From: Adineta vaga
Taxonomy: Eukaryota; Animalia; Rotifera
Direction of reading: 5' to 3'
Length of the DNA stretch: 64,000 nucleotides
NCBI GenBank assembly: GCA_021613535.1
Contig: CP075493.1
Span: forward strand, 6,510,001-6,574,000
Position 1 is the first letter of the stretch, and each line of letters starts with the position of its first letter. Of the stretch, positions 1-12,222 are shown one piece after another. The position numbers and the translations under genes were made by a program. The notes beneath the pieces were generated by a model that made no database searches, was not told the origin of the DNA, and saw nothing but the letters and a program-made list of their open reading frames with translations.

Positions 1-202
1 ACGTGTTCCAATTAACATCTTTTACAATTCTAGTCTCATTTAACTTAATTAGAATGTTCTTTTCCAAGGTCAAAACGATAACGCCTCTCTCTGTCTCTTT
101 CTCTCTCCATCTCATCCCACTTAGTTTACATGATAAACCTAAGTACCATTAATAGCATATGTTTATTTCAGATTCTAATCATGAGATGAACAATTGAATG
201 TC

Positions 203-3200
203 ATGTTTTTATTTCTATTTATTTATTTTTATCTTCTTCCTTTAACATTATCATCATCATCATCATCAAATACGTATGTTCTATCTGGTATACCAAATAC
301 TTACATAGCCTTTGATTCTTGGCGTCCATGTTTAACAGGTTACATTCGTTTTGATATACGAACGAATTCAAAAGATGGTACATTAGCTTATATTGATGAT
401 CGTGGTAAATTTGATTTCTTCTATTTAAAATTAATCGAAGGTAAACTTCGATTGCTATTCAATTTGGGAAGTGATCGACAAGCAATTAATGTAAATATGA
501 AAATCAATGATGATCAATGGCATACAATATTAATTCGACGTAATGGACAAAGTACAACATTAAGTATTGATAATGGTTTCGTACAAAATTCTACTATTAC
601 TCATTCGGAAGATTTATATTTTGGTGGTGCTATTTATAATGAATATGAAGCATCACCATTTTATTTCGGAGGTAAAGAAAAATGATCATTGAAGAATGTT
701 GACAAGAGATATCCGTCGTTTTCTTTTTCACTCGTTGATGTCTGGAGATAGTTGTCTTTTGGAATTATTTTCGGATGAATGAAAATAGATTGATTAGGTT
801 TCTTTTTTCTACTGGAGAAAATTAGTTTTATTGACAAATAGACAACCTTGATCTATAGTCGATTTCTTCCTATCAAAATCATCAGACTATCGAAATAATT
901 AGCTTAATTTTTCATCGATATCTCGTCCGATAGATTTCATTCGGAAAGAATTCGATAAGAACATTCTTATTCTATCTAAATAATTTCTTCAAGATCGAAT
1001 AACTTGCATTATTTTTCAGGTATTCCAGCTGTTTTAGAACGGCCAAGTTCAGGAAATCTTTCATCATTTGATGTTTATATGCAACCACGTTTTCGTGGTC
1101 AACTACGAAATATAGTCTATAGAAACTGTACGAATCCAAGTTTAATTCAACCAAATCAAATTGATATATCTGGTGGTGTATCATTAATTCCAAATCAATA
1201 TTGTTCAGAAAAGAATTGTGGTAGTGGAATTTGTTTGATTACTGAAATTAATTATCACTGTTTATGTGATGAAACCAGTTATCAAGGTAGTCATTGTCAA
1301 TACGAACGACCATCGAATGAATTAACATTTCATGGTAAACAATATTTAAAATATGATTTATTACGTTCTATCTCAAGTTTAAATGAAATATTGACATTTG
1401 AATTTAAAACAAATCATTATAATGGTCTTCTTTTTCAATTAATTGATTCACAAATCTATATTAAATTAAAACAAGGACAATTATTCATTGAATATCGTTT
1501 GAATAATAATTCATGGTATGAATCATCAACGAAAGATCTTTTTCTAGTGGATAATCAATGGCATTACGTACAAATTAAACGTAAATCAGGACAACTATCA
1601 ATGTTAATTGATCAATATCAAATACCATTAGAAAATGATTTTTCTATTGATGAAATATTTCATTTTAAAGAGATTTTCATTGGTGGAAATAATAATTTTC
1701 ATTTCGAAAAATTCTATGGTTGTTTAAAAGATATTTCAATAACATGGAATGAAAATTTTACAATTGATTTAAATAAATCTTCAACAAATTTTCATGAATA
1801 TGGTTTTATACGTAATAAAAATTGTAAATCATTAATTAATCCGATTCAATTTCTTAGTTCATCATCCTATATATCATTACAATTAAAAAATCTTACACAA
1901 CAAATCAATATTTCATTTCGTTTTGAAACATATTCATCGGATTGTATACTTTTCTATGGTCAATCGAATCAACATTTTCTTGGTTTAGATCTTCTCGATG
2001 GCTTTATCTATTTAACAATCAATATGAATGATAAACAACAACGACAAGAATTATTTCAACAACGTATTAACGATGGACAATCACATTCTATTCAATTGAA
2101 TTTAAAACATTTACAAAATGAATTAGAAATTGATATTAATTTGGATTATAGGCAAAATGCGAGATTATCAATTAAAAATACATCATCAAGAATATATGTA
2201 AGTGAATAGAGGTAGTTGTTTAGTTCAAGTTTGAATATAAATGATGATTTTGAAAAAAGTACTTACAGAAAACTTCTAGATTAATTAACTCCTAAAAGTT
2301 GTTTCTTTTTAGTTACAAACTTTAACGATTGGTGGTGTTAATCCTTCACTTCCCTGGTTACCGACAAATTATTATTCCGGTATTATGCATCATGGTTTAA
2401 TCGGATGTTTTTCTGATCTTGAAATCAATAATGTTATTATTAATTTGACGAGACATATTAACTATACGATGAATACACTTGCACCAAGAAGTGGACCTTG
2501 TTCAACAGGATTATTACCGAAACGTCAATGTCTTTGTGAACATCAAGGTGAATGTCGATTGAATAGTGCTGGAACATGGTCATGTGATTGTTCAAAATCA
2601 GGTTATACAGGTCAACGATGTGAACAAATTGCTTATCATATTGATTTAAAACAAACAAATACATTTGAATTGAATACGAATCTTCAATGGAGTGATCAAA
2701 TTAATGATATTGCCTTTAGTTTACAAGTAAATTAAATTTATAGATCATTAAGAAACATTTTCTATGAAATAATTTTCTAGGCTGTTCATGATGAAATCAA
2801 TTTTCTTCAAATTCGTTCGTGTCGTTTATCATTCAAATGTGATTCAATACAATTTTCAATTCTCAATGGACTTTTACATGTAAATTTCTATTCGTTGAAT
2901 TTAACAAGTGAATATCCATTTCTACTTAACAATCAATGGCATTCAATTCATTTACAACGATTTGATCAGAAATTTCTCTTACATATTAATAATCATATAA
3001 CACAACAACGTATTAATCTTATTCATTCAAATTCAACATCGAAATCGACTATTTGGATAGGATTTATGGGTAATAAACAAGTTCAAATTGAAGATTTACG
3101 TTTATATGACCAATCGATCTATTCAAAATTCTTTATAAATCAATCAAAGCAACAAATTGAATTAAAAAATCGTTTATGGAAACCTGTAAATACAATTTCA

Positions 3201-5153
3201 TTTCATGATGCACAAAATACTTATTTAGAACTTCCATTAAATGAAATTCTCTGTCAAGATTGTCAATTAGATAGTATATACTTTCAATTTCGTACAATGG
3301 ACTTAAATGGATTACTTCTATTCGCAAAAGTTCGAACTGATAACCATAAAATCAAGTAAATACTCATTTCTTTTTCATTTCATATTTGTTTAGAAGAGAT
3401 TCTAAAGCGTGTTTTTCTTTTCCATTATTTCAGTTCGTTATCAGACAACTCGATCTCTCGTAATAATCAATATCTTGTATTAAAACTCTTCAATGGTCAA
3501 ATTCATCTGAATATATTTGAACCATCATTATCAACGAATGACAATGAAATCTATCAAATTCAATCCAAAATTTCTTTAAATAACAATCATTGGCATCATA
3601 TATCTTTTCATCGTGCTAGTGATCATCATTTCGAATTACGTATTGATTCAAATGAATATTATCTTCGTACATCAATCGATTTCATCGATAAAATTTATCT
3701 TGGTCGTTCATTAGAAATCGATTTTCTCGGACATTTACCAACTTTAAAAGCTTGTTTAGCATCATTTTCAATCAATAGTCAAACGATTAATTTACGTGAA
3801 TATATCAAAGCATATTCTTCAATACGTAATGATTGTTTTCTGGATTCTCAATGTCCATTACAACATTGTCGAAATACGGGTACTTGTTGGAATCGTATTC
3901 AATGTAACTGTGAACATACAAGTTTTCAAGGAAGATTTTGTACAGATTTTAAATTAGGTTATACATTTAATAATCATACACCTGGCTTAATTTTCGATCA
4001 ACCATTTAATAAAGAAAAACCTATAGTATTATATAAACTTTCATTTGGAATTATGACAAAAATGAATCTATCAGAAATTCTTCGAATTAATGATCAAATC
4101 TCAATTGAATTGTATCGTGGATGTATACGAATAAAACTAATTGGAAGTGAATATTTAGCTAATACTCATGCCATTAATGATGGATTTTATCATTTAATAC
4201 AAATGGAATATAATATAACAGGTCATCTATCGATTAGTGTAGATAATAAACAAACAATGAAATTTTTAAATAATAAATTATCATTTGATAGACCATTATT
4301 ATTATTGATTGGCCAAAATCCAACATTTAAATATCCATTTCAGGTATGGTATTCATACATGCAGAAACAATGAATTCGTGTTCATTCTCTAAAATTCATA
4401 TTTGATTTTTAGGGTGAACTCTATGGTCTTGAATCTGATATTTATTCAATATTTGATTTAATCTCACCAACATTCCATCGTATTTCATTCGCACCAATTC
4501 GTAATCGAACTCTTGTTTCCTTATCATCACCAATTATAACGCCAACGTATCCTTCACAAGATGAATTAATACCTCATCCATCATGTTCATATGTATCTAA
4601 TGATGATATTTGTATAATTACTTCTGATTTAAATTCTACTCTATTGACATATATTAATATTTCAAGTCAACCAATACTTTCAAATCGATCAACAATAAAA
4701 ATCTTACCGAATAATATCTTTACAACAACAATAACTTATATAGAGTCTATTGATAATATGTCAAATTCAACAGATTTGAATGATATTTCATCGTTAATTG
4801 TTTCAATACGTACACCTTTAAGCAATCGATTTCGAGAGATATTTCATCGACGAAATCTTTGGTTTTTTATTGTTCCTCTTCTATGTGGTATTGTCTTTTG
4901 TATACTGATTTGTATTTGTGCTTTTATAAGATATCGTCGAAAAGATGCAGGCGTTTATGAACTTGAAGAAACACAACGTTTTCGACCATTAATTGTCGAA
5001 GTACCTCCATCACCCGGTGAAAATATTCGTAGACTAATTCATTCAACAAATAACACTCCATCAAAACAGAAAAATATCAAATCGAATCAACGACGAAAAC
5101 GAAAAAAATCGCCATTATTAAATGCGGATGAACAACGAGAATTTTATATTTAA
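203..5153 (+). CDS. NRXN: Alpha-neurexin-like cell adhesion protein (multi-exon)
   Basis: Signal peptide (MFLFLFIYFYLLPLTLS, ATG at 203), then an (LNS-EGF-LNS)x3 layout with EGFs CSEKNC..., CLCEHQGEC...GYTGQRC and CPLQHCRNTGTC...FQGRFC. These are followed by an S/T-rich stalk, a TM helix, a juxtamembrane 4.1 motif RYRRKDAGVYELEE and a C-terminal PDZ ligand EFYI*. Exons join in frame at GT-AG introns (672-1019 and others). Confidence 0.88.
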
Positions 5154-5882
5154 ATCTTCTTCTTTTTCTTTTCTCTGTCGTTTGTTTTTGTTTTCTTCTT
5201 TTTTTTATAAATATTTTTTTGCCGTTGAACAAAATTGATAGATTAGTTGCAAAATAAAGAAAGAAATACTTATGTGTCAAGATATATTCTCAGTAGCGAC
5301 TGATTTAATGTGTTCTATTTTTCATGATAACTTGATGAAAAATATATATACTTTCCTTATGTACAAGTAATTTATTTCTTGCCAGACACTAGCGAACTCT
5401 ATATGTATAGAAAAGAAACTATGTTCTTTCGGATATCTTAGAAGATTAAGCAGGACATTGATGTTTATTATATGATGTATCAAACCCAGAAAATATTCTT
5501 TTCAGAATATAAATTACACTTCTCATTTTTCTTCGATTATTCCTCCCGAAAAATAAATAATACTTTAAACCAATCGATCAGTGCTGAACGAAAGAAAAAC
5601 AATATTTTTTAACTACATACATAATCGATCTTATTATGATTGATTTTTTTATTCTGTTGGCATCTGAAACGGACAATACGTAAATAGATGTGTTCTTATC
5701 GCATTCTTCTTTCTCCTTCCCATCTGTCTTTTATGTCAATAAGACAATAAAATTCCTGCTAAATCACAATACATTGACCCGTGATAATGTATTTTAGATC
5801 TATATTTATGTCAATTAATGCTATGTAATCGGTGTATTCAATAAATACAAAGTTTTTCAATAATAATATTACAAAAAACAAA

Positions 5883-7142
5883 ATGGGTCAAACACTATCT
5901 GGTAGGTTCGAAAGCAAAAAAAAGTAAAACATAATCTTTTATTTTCCCTTTGAAATTATAGAACCTGTCACTTCGAAAGATTCTCAAAAAGTAGAGAATC
6001 ATTTGTATTCAGTCGGAAGTAGTAGTATGCAAGGATGGCGTATAAGTATGTGAAAAAATTTGCTACAGAAATATTGTATTTTTCTTGTCACGTAAATTTA
6101 GATATGGAAGATGCTCATACGCATATTTTATCCTTACCTGAAGATAAAAATTGTGCCTTTTTAGCTGTCTATGATGGTCATGGTGGAGCGAAGGTTGCTC
6201 AGTATTCATGCAAATATTTACATACACGTATAGCTAGTCAACCAGATTTTAGTATGTGTTTCACTATTCATTCATTTCATTACAGAGTTTCTTTTAGAAC
6301 AAGGAAATATTGAAAATGCGATAAGAAAAGGTTTTCTCGACTTCGACAAAGAAATGGCATCGGATGAAGATATGCGTGAAGATCTTGCTGGAACAACAGC
6401 AATTTGTGTTATAATTAAAGATAATAAACTTTTTTGTGGAAATGTTGGTGATAGTAGAGCAATTGCATCAGTGAATGGTAATGTTGAAATTTTATCAATA
6501 GATCATAAACCAAATAATGATGAGGAAAGAAAACGTATCACAGCAGCTGGTGGTTGGGTAGAATTTAATCGTGTTAATGGTAAGATTCAGCTCATATGTT
6601 TTGTTTTCATTCTTTGAAGGTACTCATTCAATGTAGGAAATTTGGCTTTATCACGAGCACTCGGAGATTTTATCTTCAAACGAAATATGGATAAAAAAGC
6701 TGAAGAACAAGTTGTTACAGGTAGAATGATTGGTATTTTGAAGAAGATTTTTCTATTTTGAATTTATAGCGGCGCCGGATGTTATTACTAAAACTATCAA
6801 CGAAAACTGGGAATTTATTCTATTAGCTTGTGATGGTATATGGGATGTTCTCAGTAATGAAGAAGCTTTAAAATTTGTTCGAGCACGTGTTGCTCAACAA
6901 ATGACGCCAGAAATAGTATGAAGAGACTTATTCTTCATAGATTTATAGTTTTATTTATTTGTTTTTAGATTTGTGAAGAATTAATGACACGTTGTTTGGC
7001 ACCGAATTGTCAAATGGGCGGTCTTGGTTGTGATAATATGACAGTTGTCTTATGTCTTCTTCTTCATGACGAACCTTATTCAGTTTTAGCAACTAAATGT
7101 TCAAAGAATGTATCTAATGGAGATATATCACCAACGAAATGA
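5883..7142 (+). CDS. Protein phosphatase 2C (PPM family, Ptc2/3-like)
   Basis: Spliced translation MGQTLSEPVTSK...SSMQGWRI|.MEDAH...AVYDGHGG...NVGDSRA...DHKP...[12 protein letters not shown]...LACDGIWD...GCDNMT contains all PP2C motifs and an N-terminal myristoylation-type MG. Stop TGA at 7140-7142. Confidence 0.95.
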
Positions 7143-8265
7143 ACGTATGTATACTTGTTTTTTTTATTTCAAATTGAAATTAAAACTGTTCTTTTTCGTT
7201 TTTGTTTAGTTCATGCATGAAATTAAATAATTGAACAATTTGAGATGATCTTTTCTTCTTTTTCTTTCTTTCTCTTCTTTTATTTTGATAATATTACTGT
7301 GTTCCATCATTTTAGAACAGTAGTTCTCATACTGTCTCGGTGACGAAATCAAAAAACAACTGCGCTGTTTTTTTCTTTCTTTCATTCGATTTTCCTATAA
7401 AATGCACACGTATTATGGTGTAAATTTTTTTGTATGCAAGCAAACATTTGGAAAACATTGGCTAACCTTTTTTTCTTTCTTTCTTCTTCTCTTTTTTTAT
7501 AGTTCATTAGATCTTTAAAAAAAATGTTGACGTTACGTATTATATGCATATGCGTGTGTTGCAAATTCAGTGTCCATTCATTTCCTAGATTCTACAGCAA
7601 GTTAATCGAGAGAATTTATAACTCAATGAAATTTTCCAACGCCAGACCATCTTTAACAAGTTCTTCTTTCATGAGTAACGAACCGATCGTTTATTAAATT
7701 ATTCAAGATTTCCCTATGGATTTCGTATAACAATCTCGCATCCGATTTGATTTAATAATTAATTATGACTTACATGGTTGGATGAGACGATAATAAGAAA
7801 TGATTGAAGATATACAAGTTGAGTGTACGAATTGTCTGAAAAAAACGATTTGCGATAGATCTATCATTGATTTTGTTGATTGTTAATGATCGAAAAAATA
7901 AACTTATGGAATAAAAGTGAAGCACAGATGATTCTGTCCTAATCAATGGTATGTTCATTTCAAGTAAGAATCAATTCACACTATGGTTTATCATCTTAAT
8001 TTTGCCGTAATAATGCTATTTACGGAAAAGAGTCGACAAAATAAATTTTGAAAATCACTATCAAAATAATCATTGTAAAATTCAACCCGTTCCGAGATTT
8101 ATTAATACTCGTTTCGGTTGTTGTGTCGGTTTTTTATTATTCTGAATGGTACTTGTAAGTATACAAAACGAAAACAGTAACAACAACCGATAAATTTTCT
8201 TGTGTTAGCGTCTCGAATGAAAACAGATGACAAAATAGGAGATCTTATTATTATTATTGTATTTT

Positions 8266-9439
8266 CTAATCTTCTTTCACTTGTAGTGTACCACGTACAC
8301 GACCAGTTCGTCGGGCAGCAATAAGACCAACTTTACGACCAGGTGGAGCATAACGGCTGACAGTGGATGGTTTACCAATGTGTTGATGATTACCACCACC
8401 AAATGGATGGTCAACAGGCTAGAATAAATTGTTTATTCATGAATTTTATACAAAGAAATCCATCACTTACATTCATAGCAACACCACGAACTCGAGGCCA
8501 TGATTTTCGTTTCGCTTTGAATTTGTGATATGAACGACCAGCCTTCAAGATTGGTTTATCAATACGACCACCACCAGCTACGATACCTGAAAATTAATAA
8601 AGAAAAACGAAGCGTAAATTTATTATTTGTTTATTTTTCATTTTAATCGATATGTATGCAATCAGTAAAAGCCTCTAGATATGTTTTATTCGTCATTGAC
8701 AATATCAGAGATTATCATTCATCATTTTCCATACATTCGAATATTAATATACTTACCAACCATAGCACGATTGGTGGATGATAAAGTTTTCTTGGCACCT
8801 GATGGTAATTTAACTTTTGTTTTACCACCGTCGGGATTGTGTGAAACAATTGTTGCATAATTGCCTAAATGAATTATATAAGCAGAAAATCGAATCGAAC
8901 AAAGAGAAAACGAAAGAAATTTACCTGATGCTTTTGCTAATTTTCCTCGATCACCAGTAGTTTGTTCAATTTGACAAACGATAGTACCTTCAGGCATTTG
9001 GCCTAATGGCATTACATTGCCAATTGTTAATGCAGCTAATGTCAAGAAGAAAATATTTATGAGAAATAGTTTTATTTCAAATCAATATAGTATTACCTTT
9101 TTTTCCACAATAAATAAATTGACCAGTATACATGCCTTCGGCAGCAACCAATAATTCTTTTCGTTTTTTATAACGATATGGATCACGGAAGTGTACAACA
9201 GCTAGTGGAGCACCACGGCCTGGATCATGAATAATATCCTAAATAAATGATTGATTTTTTTTCTTCCAGGAAAACGAAATATTTAAACATTTCGTACTTA
9301 CTTTAACGACACCACGAAGATAACCCTGTCGTTCGGCATAATCCAAAGATCTTAATTTTGCTGCACCCTTTCGGTGGAAAGTACGAGCGCGAAAAATGGC
9401 AGATTTGCCTTTACGCTGCGCTAAGATGACTCGACCCAT
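8266..9439 (-). CDS. RPL8: 60S ribosomal protein L8 (uL2)
   Basis: [11 protein letters not shown]...LDYAERQGY...[10 protein letters not shown]...[25 protein letters not shown]...[10 protein letters not shown]; multi-exon; stop TAG at 8268-8266. Confidence 0.98.
8652..8736 (-). ncRNA. Intronic C/D box snoRNA (predicted 28S 2'-O-methylation guide, SNORD95/U95-like)
   Basis: Lies in the unusually long (~165 nt) RPL8 intron on the host strand. Reads atgtatg-gaaa-ATGATGA (box C, 8725-8719)...CTGA (D')...ATGACGA (C')...TCTAGAGGCTTTTA-CTGA (box D, 8665-8662)-ttg-catacat, with a 7-bp terminal stem. Confidence 0.85.
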
Positions 9440-9951
9440 ATTATCTAGAAGATGAACAATTTCAAAAAGTTGACTATTTGTAAATGATTCTGTTTTTCAA
9501 ATGAAAATAATATACAATATAATACGATGGACTGTCGCCATCGATTGGCCATACATTCGAGCCTCCATATACAAATAAAATATGAAAATTAAATTAAGAA
9601 AAAACGCTTTTTTATACATTCAAATGAGTTATCTAATTCGTATATTTATTTCGAAAGAATTTCTTTGAATCAATACGATATTGGACATGAGCGCCACCAT
9701 CGCGTGAGAAAACTTTAGAACCAATCAGAAACTGCTTATCTGTCAGTGACGTTCTGTTTTGTAAGTTTTAGTCACTAAAATAGATAAGAAGTACCACTAA
9801 CCACTTTTGTTACTCTTTGTAACACTTGCTTTTTCATATTCGAAGCGACAAGAAGTTTCTTGTTGAATAGATTATTGTTTCAATATAAGAGATACGATAT
9901 AAATTGATAAAAAAAGCTGTTTTCCAGTTCGTTCTTTTAGATAATTTCAAC
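9440..9951. promoter_or_regulatory. Bidirectional promoter region shared by RPL8 and V-ATPase G
   Basis: Head-to-head start codons about 510 bp apart. Divergent CCAAT boxes (ATTGG near 9545, CCAATCAG at 9721) and GC-rich GATGGCG/GGTGGCG motifs in an otherwise AT-rich region. Confidence 0.55.
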
Positions 9952-10358
9952 ATGATTCAATCCCGTGGCATTTCAGATTTACTCACAGCAGAAAAACAAG
10001 CTCAAGAACGTATCGAAGAAGCTCGAAAACGAAAAAATAAACGACTAAAAGAAGCACAAAATGATGCAAAAACTGAAATTGAACAATTCAAAGGTGATCG
10101 TGATAAACGTTATAAAGGTTTAGAAGAACAAGTATGTTCGCTACTTCATTCTTTAAATATTTATTTTCTTTTTTTTTATCTCTATAGCAATTGGGTAATC
10201 GAACACAAATGACTGAAGAATCAAATAAGGAAACACAAACTCACATTGGTGGTTTAAAAGCTCAATACGAAACGAATAAAGATGATTTACTTGAACGTAT
10301 TCTTAGTCTTGTCTGTGATATCAAACCAGAATCACATATTAATGCTCGTATTGACTAA
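9952..10358 (+). CDS. ATP6V1G: V-type proton ATPase subunit G
   Basis: MIQSRGISDLLTAEKQAQERIEEARKRKNKRLKEAQNDAKTEIEQF...|QLGNR...LVCDIKPESHINARID*; two exons. Confidence 0.95.
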
Positions 10359-10515
10359 AAATTTTTTTTATCGACTTCAAATTCATTTTTATTAAAAAAT
10401 CATTCCAACATTTACTTTTTTTGCAATGTCTTTCATATTCGATTTCAAAAATATATATATGTATCTTTTTTTCTTATTGCTTGAATAAAATTTATACGAA
10501 AATAAATGACAATCT

Positions 10516-11692
10516 TTATCTAACGAAGTCAATAACAAATGTTTCATCACATACACCAGTTTTTCCTAAACCACCATGTACAATTAATCGATCATTGAGA
10601 GTAATCATTGTATGTCCTTGCCGTCCAAATTCAATTCGTCCAAGATTATACCAATGTTCATGTGTTTCAAGAGATACTACAAATACCTCATTGGATGGTT
10701 CACGTAATTTGCCATCAAATGTTTCACCACCATAAACAATTGCTAAATCTGAACCACATGGAATACTCGTATGATCTTTACGAGTCGATGGTAATTTTTT
10801 CATTGGCATTAAAATATCTGATTTGATCATTTCTTTTAAATCAGAATGCAGATTATGACATATGGATTGATTTTCGACAGGTAAACCAGCACAATGTTGA
10901 ATCAAATGATCAGCACGACCACCAATAATATATAAAGACGAGCCATGTCCAATTAAAGTATGACCACTTCGAGAATCAACTCCAATGGGATATTGTTCCC
11001 ATCTAGAAAAAAAGATCATTAATAGAATATCATTAGTTTAAAAAAATAATTTACCTGAAGGTATGTTTTGCTGGATCACCGCGTAAACAATACGCATCAC
11101 CATGTTTTCGTTGTGTTCTTAAACTACCATCTCTACCGATAACGAGAATACCATCGCCACGCGATTTAAATGGAATAATTGCATGATTATTCAATCCACC
11201 ATCACTAGGAAAACCGGATGCATGCGCATGATGCCAACTTGAATTACCGACATCGAAAATATACACATCAGATTTTCGTTTTGATCCATCCCATCCGCCA
11301 ATCGTAACTATATATTGTCCATTACCCATAACTAAGCAACGATGATAGGAAAGTGCTGGAGAATCTGCAGTAGTTATTTCTGTCCATGTATTATTTTGAA
11401 ATTTATACATTCGATTGGATGGTGCATGATCAGCACGTGTTCTCACTCCACCATGAATATATAAAATATTATCAATTACACAACTACCAAAGAAAGCTAC
11501 TGGCGGACCATGAACAATTACTGTTGCTTGTACGTGGCTTGCTGCAGAAGATGTGTCAATTGATAGACGTCGAGAATTGCTTAGTGGATTATTAGTAGCA
11601 CCATTATCGATGGAACTTGTTCGATGTTTAGTTGTATTGAAAATTATATTAGAGCTTGCATCATGTGACGCTCGACGACTGGAAGAAGCCAT
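10516..11692 (-). CDS. KLHDC9: Kelch domain-containing protein 9-like
   Basis: Kelch repeats (YIHGG, TIGGWDG, YIIGG, VYGGE, IVHGG) plus the segment GRDGSLRTQRKHGDAYCLRGDP...SRSGH, which matches remembered KLHDC9 sequence. Two exons, intron about 11003-11054. Confidence 0.8.
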
Positions 11693-12222
11693 TTGATCGA
11701 AGAAATCAGAAGAATTTAAATGGACATGCTGCTACAAATCGCTTAGCTACAAGCTTCTATTTTCTCTTTTCAAACAATAGATGGTGCTCTTGACTGTAAA
11801 TGATCTACTATGATGTTAGAAATAACATTAGAGGGAATCTGAATCGGTCCTTCATATGGTGATACATTAAATCGCGAGCACTAGTTATTTTTCAAGCCTT
11901 TTATCCATACTAGAAAAAGTAAATATTAGGTAGAGATTTTCTGTTGAATCTTCAGTCGATATTATTACTACCACTCGTATGGATATTCTTTATGTATATA
12001 TTATATGCTAGATTGTCGAATGGTTCCACGTTGTAGTCTATCATAAAAAAATCTTTTTAAGAATGGCTTTCTTTTAATGAAAGCATACACGTATATATAG
12101 AGAGAGAGATAATAAAGTACAGACAAAGAAATAAACGAAAAAAGAAAAAAAAATCATCACCACGAACACGTTTAATGACAACATAAACAACATTGACTAA
12201 AAATACTTTCAATTTGATTTCA

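Noticed and set aside
7560-7958. Minus-strand 62-aa ORF ending at a GTAAG-like site, possibly a decayed gene fragment
   Set aside because: No recognisable domain, and I could not build a consistent downstream exon.
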